A stretch of 64,000 bases of DNA from Macrostomum hystrix (GCA_950097015.1 CATNEN010000003.1:14136001-14200000); one strand, 5' to 3'; positions 52,057 through 63,167 are shown, numbered from the stretch's first letter. Notes: generated from the sequence alone by a model not told the origin. Numbers and translations are program-made.

Positions 52057-54237
52057 GACAGGGAAGAGATGAGACACGGCAGAGATAAGACACGGGAGAG
52101 ATGAGACACGGCAGAGATGAGACACGGGAGAGATGAGACACGGGAGAGATGAGACACGGGAGAGATGAGACACAGGAGAGATGAGACACGGGAGAGATGA
52201 GACACGGGAGAGATGAGACACGGGAGAGATGAGACACGGGAGAGATGAGACACGGGAGAGATGAGACACGGCAGAGATAAGACACGGGAGAGATGAGACA
52301 CGGCAGAGATGAGACACGGGAGAGATGAGACACGGGAGAGATGAGACACGGGAGAGATGAGACACAGGAGAGATGAGACACGGGAGAGATGAGACACGGG
52401 AGAGATGAGACACGGGAGAGATGAGACACGGGAGAGATGAGACACGGGAGAGATGAGACACGGCAGAGATAAGACACGGGAGAGATGAGACACGGCAGAG
52501 ATGAGACACGGGAGAGATGAGACACGGGAGAGATGAGACACGGGAGAGATGAGACACAGGAGAGATGAGACACGGGAGAGATGAGACACGGGAGAGATGA
52601 GACACGGGAGAGATGAGACACGGGAGAGATGAGACACGGGAGAGATGAGACACGGCAGAGATAAGACACGGGAGAGATGAGACACGGCAGAGATGAGACA
52701 CGGGAGAGATGAGACACGGCAGAGATGAGACACGGGAGAGATGAGACACGGGAGAGATGAGACACGGGAGAGATGAGACACAGGAGAGATGAGACACGGG
52801 AGAGATGAGACACGGGAGAGATGAGACACGGGAGAGATGAGACACGGGAGAGATGAGACACGGGAGAGATGAGACACGGCAGAGATAAGACACGGGAGAG
52901 ATGAGACACGGCAGAGATGAGACACGGGAGAGATGAGACACGGGAGAGATGAGACACGGGAGAGATGAGACACGGGAGAGATGAGACACGGGAGAGATGA
53001 GACACGGGAGAGATGAGACACGGGAGAGATGAGACAGGGGAGATTAGACACGGGAGAGATGAGACAGGGGAGATTAGACACGGGAGAGATGAGATACGGG
53101 AGAGATGAGACAGGGGAGAGATGCGACACAGGAGATATGAGACAGGGGAGAGATGAGACAGGGAAGAGATGAGACAGGGGAGAGATGAGACACGGGAGAG
53201 ATGAGACAGGGGAGAGATGAGACAGGGGAGAGATGAGACACGGGAGAGATGAGACACGGGAGAGATGAGACACGGGAGAGATGAGACACGGGAGAGATTA
53301 GACACGGGAGAGATGAGACACGGGAGAGATGAGACACGGGAGAGATGAGACACGGGAGAGATGAGACACGGGAGAGATGAGACACGGGAGAGATGAGACA
53401 CGGGAGAGATGAGACACGGGAGAGATGAGACACGGGAGAGATGAGACACGGCAGAGATGAGACACGGGAGAGATGAGACACGAGAGAGATGAGACACGGG
53501 AGAGTTCAGACGGTAGAGATGAGTCAGGTAGAGATGAGACACGGCAGAGATGAGACACGAGAGAGATGAGACACGGGAGAGTTCAGACGGGAGAGATGAG
53601 TCAGGGAGAGATGAGACACGGCAGAGATGAGACACGGGAGAGATGAGACACGGCAGAGATGAGACACGGGAGAGATGAGACACGGCAGAGATGAGACACG
53701 GGAGAGATGAGACACGGCAGAGATGAGACACGGGAGAGATGAGACACGAGAGAGATGAGACACGGGAGAGATAAGACACGGGAGAGATCAGACACGGGAG
53801 AGATAAGACGGTAGAGATGAGTCAGGGAGAGATGAGACACGGGAGGGATGAGACACGGGAGGGATGAGACACGGGAGGGATGAGACACGGGAGGGATGAG
53901 ACACGGGAGGGATGAGACACGGGAGGGATGAGACACGGGAGGGATGAGACACGGGAGGGATGAGACGGTAGAGATGAGTCAGGGAGAGATGAGACACGGG
54001 AGGGATGAGACACGGGAGGGATGAGACACGGGAGGGATGAGACACGGGAGGGATGAGACACGGGAGGGATGAGACACGGGAGGGATGAGACACGGGAGGG
54101 ATGAGACACGGGAGAGATGAGACACGAGTGAGATGAGACACGAGTGAGATGAGACACGAGTGAGATGAGACACGAGTGAGATGAGACACGAGTGAGATGA
54201 GACACGAGTGAGATGAGACACGAGTGAGAAGAGACTC
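52057..54237 (-). repeat. 16-bp family array, reverse orientation, upstream of exon 1A
   Basis: GAGAGATGAGACACGG on the plus strand. Confidence 0.96.
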
Positions 54238-54399
54238 CGTAATGACACTGAGACCATGAATTATCCTGCACAAATAACTAAAACCTGGACCATGTCGATC
54301 TGTGTGTGGGAGTGTGGTTATGGAAGAACAGTGAAACAAATTTCTTTTTCATTGCAGAGTGAACAAGAAGGTGTTCAAGGTCGAACATTAGCGCTTAGA

Positions 54400-54640
54400 T
54401 AGCGCTGTTTGTCTTGAATTTTGACAAACGTTTGAATTAAGCTTTCACTCTTGTCACAAAACAGCTTGCTGCATTGTATTGACCCCACTGTGCTTGACGT
54501 CCTCAACTATGATGAGACTTCCAAAATCACCTGCAAAGCAGCGGTATCGTCGACATATTCAACGATTCTGGTCGGGGTGTCTGGTGGCGAAAATCTCATC
54601 ACGTAAGCAATGTGGGTTATTATTGCTGATTGTATAGCAT
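54400..54640 (-). pseudogene. Possible LINE reverse-transcriptase remnant (duplicated at about 59000-59240)
   Basis: AYVMRFSPPDTPTRIVEYVDDTAAL resembles the YADD region of CR1/L2-type RT; short and degraded. Confidence 0.35.
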
Positions 54641-54804
54641 TGAATCTATTTTTAGTTATTGTATTAGAGAAGCAATATGGTGCACTTTTATGATCCATAC
54701 TGATCCACATGGTGGACTTCACGAAAATCGGTCATTCGGTTTGGTAGCTGCATTTGAGTCAGAGTCAACTAGGCTTTGTGTTGATTTTATTTTCTTAATT
54801 CACT

Positions 54805-55330
54805 TAACTCTATCTGTCAGTCTATTCTATCTGTCACTCTTTTCTGTCTGTCACTCCATTCTATCTGTCACTCCATTCTATCTGTCACTCTATTCTATCT
54901 GTCACTCTTTTCTATCTGTCACTCCATTCTATCTGTCACTCTATTCTATCTGTCACTCTATTCTATCTGTCACTCTATTCTATCTGTCACTCTATTCTAT
55001 CGGTCACTCTATTCTATCGGTCACTCTATTCTATCTGTCACTCTATTCATCTGTCACTCTATTCTATCGGTCACTCTATTCTATCTGTAACTCTATTCAT
55101 CTGTCACTCTATTCTATCGGTCACTCTATTCTATCGGTCACTCTATTCTATCTGTCACTCTATTCTATCTGTCACTCTACTCTATCTGTCACTCTATTCT
55201 ATCTGTCACTCTATTCTATCTGTCACTCTATTCTATCTGTCACTCTATTCTATCTGTCACTCTATTCTATCTGTCCCTCTATTCATCTGTCACTCTATTC
55301 ATCTGTCACTCTATTCATCTGTCACTCTAT
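54805..55330 (+). repeat. 17-bp minisatellite TCACTCTATTCTATCTG (duplicate)
   Basis: Direct reading. Confidence 0.96.
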
Positions 55331-55924
55331 TTAGGGAGGGTTCTATCTGTCACTTTTGCGCAATGCGTCACTGTCAAGACACCCTTGCATGAATGCATTT
55401 GTCATTAAAAATGAAGTTTTCAATTTTGGTCTCTAAGAAATGAGTCATGTTAGGACACGGGACAGTTAAAAGTGTCCTTTCTTGAATGTGGAGGCGGCAC
55501 CGGGTAGCACAAAAACTGAAAACGGTCCTTGGCGACTGGCAAATATCAGGTAGAAAGTCAGTTGCTTGGGAGAACAGAGAAATGTGAATTTTGTAGGTCG
55601 CAGCGGCGCCCAATCCAAGAACAGACAATGTCCCAGATTTACAGTCAAACTGCCTGTGCCAGGAGCTTGACTTCAAAGGCGATTGTTGAGATAAACATCT
55701 CTCCATAATCTTTATAATTTTACACCAAAAATAATATTATTTTACATTCTATCCTTAACGGAAAATGATACTCCGCTGAGACGTTACAGAAGCAAATTTC
55801 TGCTTTATAATAATCTGTGAATACCTCATATCTAAACAGGCTGTATACGGCAACACTCATTTTGCAACATTTGCTGCTTTGCCGGCCACTCCTGCAAACG
55901 GCTTCCTCAAACACCTTAACCCAT

Positions 55925-57026
55925 TTCTCTTCTCTCCCCTGTCTCATCTGCCCGTCTTATCTACACAAATCTCATCTTTCCTGTCTCATCTCTCCCCTGT
56001 CTCATCTCTCCCCTGCCTAATCTCTCCCCTGTCTCATCTCTCCCCTGTCTCATCTCTCCCCTGTCTCATCTGCCCGTCTTATCTACACAAATCTCATCTT
56101 TCCTGTCTCATCTCTCCCCTGTCTCATCTCTCCCCTGCCTAATCTCTCCCCTGTCTCATCTCTCCCCTGTCTCATCTCTCCCCTGTCTCATCTCTCCCCT
56201 GTCTCATCTGCCCGTCTTATCTACACAAATCTCATCTTTCCTGTCTCATCTCTCCCCTGTCTCATCTCTCCCCTGCCTAATCTCTCCCCTGTCTCATCTC
56301 TCCCCTGTCTCATCTCTCCCCTGTCTCATCTCTCCCCTGTCTCATCTGCCCGTCTTATCTACACAAATCTCATCTTTCCTGTCTCATCTCTCCCCTGTCT
56401 CATCTCTCCCCTGCCTAATCTCTCCCCTGTCTCATCTCTCCCCTGTCTCATCTCTCCCCTGTCTCATCTCTCCCCTGTCTCATCTGCCCGTCTTATCTAC
56501 ACAAATCTCATCTTTCCTGTCTCATCTCTCCCCTGTCTCATCTCTCCCCTGTCTCATCTCTCCCCTGCCTAATCTCTCCCCTGTCTCATCTCTCCCCTGT
56601 CTCATCTCTCCCCTGTCTCATCTGCCCGTCTTATCTACACAAATCTCATCTTTCCTGTCTCATCTCTCCCCTGTCTCATCTCTCCCCTGCCTAATCTCTC
56701 CCCTGCCTAATCTCTCCCCTGTCTCATCTCTCCCCTGTCTCATCTCTCCCCTGTCTCATCTGCCCGTCTTATCTACACAAATCTCATCTTTCCTGTCTCA
56801 TCTCTCCCCTGTCTCATCTCTCCCCTGCCTAATCTCTCCCCTGTCTCATCTCTCCCCTGTCTCATCTCTCCCCTGTCTCATCTGCCCGTCTTATCTACAC
56901 AAATCTCATCTTTCCTGTCTCATCTCTCCCCTGTCTCATCTCTCCCCTGTCTCATCTCTCCCCTGTCTCATCTCTCCCCTGTCTCATCTCTCCCTGTCTC
57001 ATCTCTTCCCTGTCTCATCTCTCCCT
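55925..57026 (+). repeat. 16-bp family array with about 112-128-bp higher-order repeat (copy B)
   Basis: Marker TGCCCGTCTTATCTACACAAATCTCATC recurs 8 times. Confidence 0.95.
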
Positions 57027-57066
57027 GCAGCAGATGAATTGCTGAGCGCAGTGAAATTCAGCTCAC

Positions 57067-57352
57067 CATTCGCTGGTACATGTGCCACCCGGGCCTGGGC
57101 TCCGAGTTCGTTACGTTCGTTGATCTCGAGAACTTTGCTTTTGTCTTTAAACCTTAATTCGAGCACCTCGGTCCTGCTTTTGCTGCTGCCAATGGTAACA
57201 ACTGGCGCGCTTCGCTTGAACTTGGACGCTGGCCCACTGTTCAACTGCTCGAGACTGGCCTGAGTAGTGGCTGTAAGTGACTCCACTTTAGGGCATTGAT
57301 TTAGCTGAACTAAAATAAGCAGAACTGCTGCTAGCTGAACGGATCCGTGCAT
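57067..57352 (-). CDS. FGF: FGF exon 1, distal duplicate (1B)
   Basis: Same 286-nt length, intact ATG, no stop or indel, identical donor G|gtgagc at 57066; 77 of 95 aa identical to copy 1A. Confidence 0.7.
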
Positions 57353-57475
57353 TGCTATGCGCTAATCAATTTCAAATATATTCTAGAGACTAAATTTATT
57401 TTTTTTGGGACGCAGAATTTCGAAAGCTGCAGACAAAAAGACGATGAAATCCTAAGCTAGTCAAAAGTCGCATTT

Positions 57476-57713
57476 GTTGTTAGCCTAGGCGTGTTGAAGC
57501 GAGGTTGAAACTAACAGCTGCCCACCCTCTGCTGTTGTCTATGGTCGAATTCCATAGATATGCACAGCGGGCGGGCTGCATTTCACTCCAGCTAACCACA
57601 ACACTAATATGGATAGGCTGCTCGGGCTGAAACGAGGTGAAACTCTACGCGCCTCAACGTTTTACCTGGTTTCAGCTCTCCATGCAGCCTATCAATATTG
57701 GTACGAGCGTATA
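57476..57713. mobile_element. 238-bp double-hairpin insertion upstream of exon 1B
   Basis: Absent from copy A (GCATTT^ACCGATTC at about 51578); flanked by TT; consists of two consecutive imperfect foldbacks. Confidence 0.65.
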
Positions 57714-57978
57714 TTACCGATTCTGTTGGTCAAAAGAGTCACAGTGTCTTCTTGCGCTCGCTTTTTAAAAGCTTTCCGTTGCTAGAGAAACAGAATTTTT
57801 ACTCACTTCTAATTGGCTGAGAAAGGTTCCCGAATTTACTAGTCTTTAGTCTGCCTACTAAAAATAATAAAATTTGTTAACCACGGAGAGGGAACCAAAA
57901 GAAAAAAGCTGAAGGAGGTGACGACGGTGTCTCAGATTCCGTGTGTCAAGTATAAGCCTATAACATGTGATGATATGC

Positions 57979-58838
57979 GACAGGGAAGAGATGAGACAAG
58001 GAGAGATGAGACAGGTAGAGATGTGACACGGGAGAGATGAGACACGAGTGAGATGAGACACGGGAGAGATGAGACACGAGTGAGATGAGACATGGGAGAG
58101 ATGAGACACGGGAGGGATGAGACACGGGAGAGATGAGACACGGGAGAGATGAGACATGGGAGAGATGAGACACGGGAGAGATGAGACACGGGAGAGATGA
58201 GACACGGGAGAGATCAGACGTTAGAGATGAGTCAGGGAGAGATGAGACACGGGAGGGATGAGACACGGGAGGGATGAGACACGGGAGAGATGAGACACGG
58301 GAGAGATGAGACACGGGAGAGATGAGACAAGGGAGGGATGAGACACGGGAGAGATGAGACACGAGAGAGATGAGACACGGGAGAGATGAGACACGGGAGA
58401 GATGAGACACGGGAGGGATGAGACACGGGAGAGATGAGACAAGGGAGGGATGAGACACGGGAGAGATGAGACACGGGAGAGATGAGACACGGGAGGGATG
58501 AGACACGGGAGAGATGAGACACGGGAGAGATGAGACACGGGAGGGATGAGACACGGGAGAGATGAGACACGGGAGAGATGAGACACGGGAGAGATGAGAC
58601 ACGGGAGAGATGAGACACGGGAGAGATGAGACACGAGTGAGATGAGACACGGGAGAGATGAGACACGGGAGGGATGAGACACGGGAGAGATGAGACACGG
58701 GAGAGATGAGACACGGGAGAGATCAGACGGTAGAGATGAGTCAGGGAGAGATGAGACACGGGAGAGATGAGACACGGGAGAGATGAGACAGGGTAGAGAT
58801 GAGACACGGGAGAGATGAGACACGAGTGAGATGAGACT
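57979..58838 (-). repeat. 16-bp family array, reverse orientation, upstream of exon 1B
   Basis: GAGAGATGAGACACGG on the plus strand. Confidence 0.95.
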
Positions 58839-60016
58839 CCGTAATGACACTGAGACCATGAATTATCCTGCACAAATAACTAAAACCTGGACCATGTCGA
58901 TCTGTGTGTGGGAGTGTGGTTATGGAAGAACAGTGAAACAAATTTCTTTCTCATTGCAGAGTGAACAAGAAGGTGTTCAAGGTCGAACATTAGCGCTTAG
59001 ATAGCGCTGTTTGTCTTGAACTTTGACAAACGTTTGAATTAAGCTTTCACTTTTGCCACAAAACAGCTTGCTGTATTGTATTGACCCCACTGTGCTTGAC
59101 GTCCTCAACTATGATGAGACTTCCAAAATCACCTGCAAAGCAGCGGTATCGTCGACATATTCAACGATTCTGGTCGGGGTGTCTGGTGGCGAAAATCTCA
59201 TCACGTAAGCAATGTGGGTTATTATTGCTGATTGTATAGCATTGAATCTATTTTTAGTTATTGTATTATAGAACCAATATGGATTCACCATATCTAGACG
59301 ATGCTGACGGCGGAGGCATTGAAAGTTAGTTAAATGTTATTTTGATTTTAAAATCAGTCATTCAGTTTCGGAGCTATTGTGAAGTAGGCAGTGGGTGTTT
59401 GAAATACCCTGATTGTTTATTTTTCCTGTGATTTTTCGCCGGAAGAAAATAGTGTTGTCCTTTAGTTAGACTTTACAAAGTGATAAAATATTAATTTCTT
59501 TAGAGCAGAAATGACTATCAGTTTGTCAGTTGATGCACTTTAAAGTACAGTGTCACACCAGTGTTTGCCTCGATTTTAATGCGTCTTTTGTCTGCCCTAA
59601 AATGGGTCGATGTCCTTTGCTCTCTAATGCGTTTCTAGGACTAATTGTGACGCAGCTATGTAGATAATTCAATGTCGAGCGGAGAACTAGAAGACTAACT
59701 AGCTGATGCTTATACCCATGGTCTGGATTTTCAAAGGCAAAAGTCTAGACTGTCAATGCAAAAGAATATTATAGCATATTATAAACTTCTTTTCCCACCT
59801 AACAGTAAGTCCTTTCCAGTGATCGAACCATGATGTACATTCTTAGTATGTAAATAGAGTGCCAGATTAGCCGAGATAAGCAACGATTCAAGAATTGGCA
59901 AATGTTGCTCGTGTGCTACTTTGAGTAGTTTAATACAAAATAAATTCGTAAATCCAATTATTTTTTCCCTCGGTTATATTCCGCTCCAATATTTTCCCAT
60001 CGATATTTTCCCACCG

Positions 60017-60281
60017 TTGGGCCAGATGTGCAGCCGACAGCACAGCCGCAGCTATTGCGCGGCGCATCTGAAGTCTGGGTACGGCTGTTCAGTCCATGGA
60101 CTGGGGGGACGCCACACCCACCCTCAACTACCCCAGCTAATGCTGGTACCCATTTAACAGCTGGGTGAACTGAAGCAATGCAGAGTTAAGTGTCTTGATA
60201 AAGGACACATATAAGTCAAGAATCGAACCCCCGACCTTCAAGTCACAAGGCCGACGCTCTAACCACTAGGCCACAACCCCC
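60017..60281 (-). mobile_element. SINE family 1 copy
   Basis: Head on the minus strand GGGGTTGTGGCCTAGTGGTTAGAGCG...GGTTCGATTC; body homologous to the 20141 copy. Confidence 0.82.
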
Positions 60282-60661
60282 ACTACAATGTGGGAAAATT
60301 TCTGCAGTAAAAGTTCGGTGAGATATGTAAATAAAATCCGACTGCTTATTTTATTGACAGTTATTGGGCTCATTCTAAGCCAGCCCATTTTGATGGGCTC
60401 CAAAATGAAGACCATCAAATGATTTGATAGTCCCGAAATGAAAGCAGTTTGAACCATAGACTAAACAGAACTAAACAGTGTATTTAAGTGCAACAAAAAT
60501 AACAAGTATAGCTTTTGTCAGGCTATCTCAGCCTATTGGCATTCAAACTCAGCCAGTCCATCTTGTCAATGCGGTTTTTTTACTGAAGCTGCTAATTTTT
60601 ACCATAGACATGCATTTTAAGACCATGCTATATCAGCTTGGGACGAGCAATCTCAGCCAAC

Positions 60662-61963
60662 ATATAAGTTCTATGTTATTCTGTCTATAGTTTTGTTAAC
60701 ATTTGAAGCTGTTCCGCCAAAATGAGGGCAACCAGCAACGTTGATAGAAGACGCTTGATCTCCGCGTGGACGGAAGGACAGGATATTGGTCTAGCCGCTA
60801 CAATTCTTGGCATCAAATTGAAAACCACTTGAAAATCACTTTTGAAGCTACAGGTCGGATTGATGCTCTTCAGCGCGGAGGCCGGAAGATCGCCTCTTGC
60901 AAGCTGGACGACGAGATGCGCCAAGTGCTCATCGGCCTCTTAAATGAAAATCCGATGGCGACACTGAAAGCATTGCAGACTAATCTCGCTGCTCAGCTTC
61001 CAGACAAGCCACCTCAATGGTGAGATGGTCTCCATTAAGACAATAGCCAGAGCTCTGGATGGAGCCCTGTATACATTTAAGATTGCCACTAAGAACTGCG
61101 ACATTCGATTGAGCGCAAACTCTCCCGCGGTGATAGAGAAGCGACGCGAGTATGCGCTATTCATGTCGGGACTGCAACTGGATACGGCGGTAATCTATAT
61201 AGACGAGACGGGGTACAACCTCTGGACGCGCAGATCATAGGGAATGTCGCGACGGGGTCAGCCAGTGAGCCGGCGTTGCCCAACACAGAGGGGTCCAAAT
61301 CTTTCCATCTGTCTGGCCGTGTCATCTGCACTTGGGTTGGTGAAGAATGAGTATTTTTCAGAGGAGGCCAGACAAAGGAGAGGTTTCAACAATTCATCAA
61401 TGACCTCGTGGAGCAAGTCATCCCGGAAATCGGCAACGCCAGAGTCGTCATAGTCTGCGATGGTCCAAGCTTTCATCGCGGTGTGACAGTGCCGGAGCAG
61501 CACCGCCATCAGTTTGAAATTCAGCTGCTGCCCGCTTACTCGCCGTTTCTCAACCCGTGTGAGATGGCTCATAGTGCAGTGAAGGCTTCGATCAAGCTGC
61601 AGCTCGCTGACCCCGCACTGGTGGAGGAAGAAGCTGGTGGCCGACCTGATGGAGTCACCTGCGTGGAATGGCGCATTTTTCTGCTGGAGCGAGTGGGCCG
61701 AGACTCTTTGCAAGCTGTGACGCCAATGAAGGTAGCCAGGTGGGAAATTCACTGCAACCGGAGCTTCCCACAATGCATCCAGGAGTTACCTTTCAACTAA
61801 ACTGAAATAGCCTGTTAACTGATCGTCTCTGGTAGCCATTTTTAAAGTTTGCTCTGTATATCCCATCCCATACTCTGTTTTCTGTTACCCTGTTTTTCTC
61901 CTGTAAATAGATTGTTTAAAAAATGTTAACAAAACTATAGACAGAATAACATAGAACTTATAT
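60662..61963 (+). mobile_element. Decayed IS630/Tc1/mariner-superfamily DNA transposon (Gambol/Ant1-like), about 1.3 kb
   Basis: Perfect 43-bp inverted repeats at 60662-60704 and 61921-61963 (ATATAAGTTCTATGTTATTCTGTCTATAGTTTTGTTAACATTT), ending in TA, enclosing a transposase remnant. Confidence 0.9.
60722..61800 (+). pseudogene. IS630/Tc1-type DDE transposase pseudogene
   Basis: HTH region (NENPMATLKAL...VSIKTIARAL) and catalytic motifs YIDETGYN, VIVCDGPSFH and LPAYSPFLNPCE, split over several ORFs by frameshifts and an in-frame TAG at 61238-61240. Confidence 0.9.
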
Positions 61964-62960
61964 ATGTTGGCTGACCCCGTAAAACATTAGAAGCGAATCT
62001 AGCCACCATTGCAGACGGACCGATGCATCGTTCTATGGCAGCTGAATTGTGTCCAGTAATTTTCGCGATTTCGGGCCTGGACATGCCCTCGTCACGCAGC
62101 GTTGTGGTGCAAGTCTTCCTGAGCGACTGATTGCTGTACTTCCCAATTGTTGGCTCCGGCAGACTCACCGTGACGGTGCGCACAACTGAATCGATAGTGT
62201 GGTGTCCTAGTAACTGATTCTGATACCACTTCCCATGCAGCTCGAATAGATGCAGGATTCCGGTACCAGGCCAAAAACAGTTGCGGCTTTGTGCATTCGG
62301 CCGGGCGGAGGCTGACGTAGCGCTTGTACAAGCAAACAAGACAGCGCTTGTGTCCGTCCTGGTGTATGATAGACCGTGTTACGCTTGATGGACCGAATAA
62401 AGGTCTTTAGGCCACACGGTCGTGTTTTGGACACCGTGGTTTCGGCATACGTCAGAATCTCGTCTTCTCCCTTGGTCACCAGTTAGATTTGTTTGTTATA
62501 CTTTTGGAGATGAAGTTCGCGTCCTCCACGAAGTCCAAACACTTTACCAATTAAAAATATCACTGTAAAAACGAGCGTCTGCGGTGTGCTCTCTCCAAGA
62601 ACTCCTCGCTTCCAGAGAGTGGCTTCCTCTGTGGCAGGAATCGGTGCTGCAGTTTGAAAGCCATTCAGGTTCCCGGCTTCAGCAGTCTCACGCATTGCCG
62701 CATCCAAGGCCTGTCGCAAGCTAGCAAATTCTGCGTCCGTCCAGATGGACATCTGGCGCTTCATTGTATTCATTGTAAAAGTGTTGGATCATCGGCACCA
62801 AGTTTTTTAGTGTTCCCGGCGGATATTTATTGCCATTCTCCTTCCTCACCTCAAAAACGTATTTTGAAATAGATTGAAGTGTGCAGTAAATTCCGCAACT
62901 GTGCGGTAAATGTGCGGCTACTTGATCTCCGTGCCATCCCTCTTCTGAGCTACTATGCAG
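61964..62960 (-). mobile_element. Decayed Crypton-type element (tyrosine recombinase, DUF3504/CryptonA-like)
   Basis: Fragments EVRKENGNKYPPGTLK, EEATLWKRGVLGESTPQTL...FGLRGGRE and YSNQSLRKTCTTTL...IAKITGHNS match DUF3504/Crypton motifs. There are multiple stops and frameshifts, and the expected catalytic His and Tyr appear as Gln and Cys. Confidence 0.82.
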
Positions 62961-63042
62961 TAAATCCCAGACGGGTATTGTCTATGGGCCGAAGGAGCTG
63001 GTCTTGCGCACACACACTTGGTCATAAATCAATGCACTTATA

Positions 63043-63167
63043 CTAGGCTTCCTAGTGCGTAAATAGTCTATGGCACGTAAATAGTCTTGGCACGTAAATA
63101 GTCTATGGCACGTAAATAGTCTTGCGCGCACTCGTGCCATAGACTATTTACGCACTAGGAAGCCTAG
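63043..63167. mobile_element. Foldback MITE-like element
   Basis: Perfect 35-bp inverted repeat CTAGGCTTCCTAGTGCGTAAATAGTCTATGGCACG (63043-63077 / 63133-63167) with internal tandem copies of CGTAAATAGTCT. Confidence 0.75.

Larger units (their letters stand above)
48890..59283. repeat. Tandem segmental duplication (unit A about 48890-54680, unit B about 54805-59283) containing FGF exon 1 and promoter
   Basis: Collinear blocks: 17-bp array; 49813-50163 = 55331-55681; 16-bp array; exon 1; promoter; inverted 16-bp array; 54232-54667 = 58834-59269. Confidence 0.92.
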
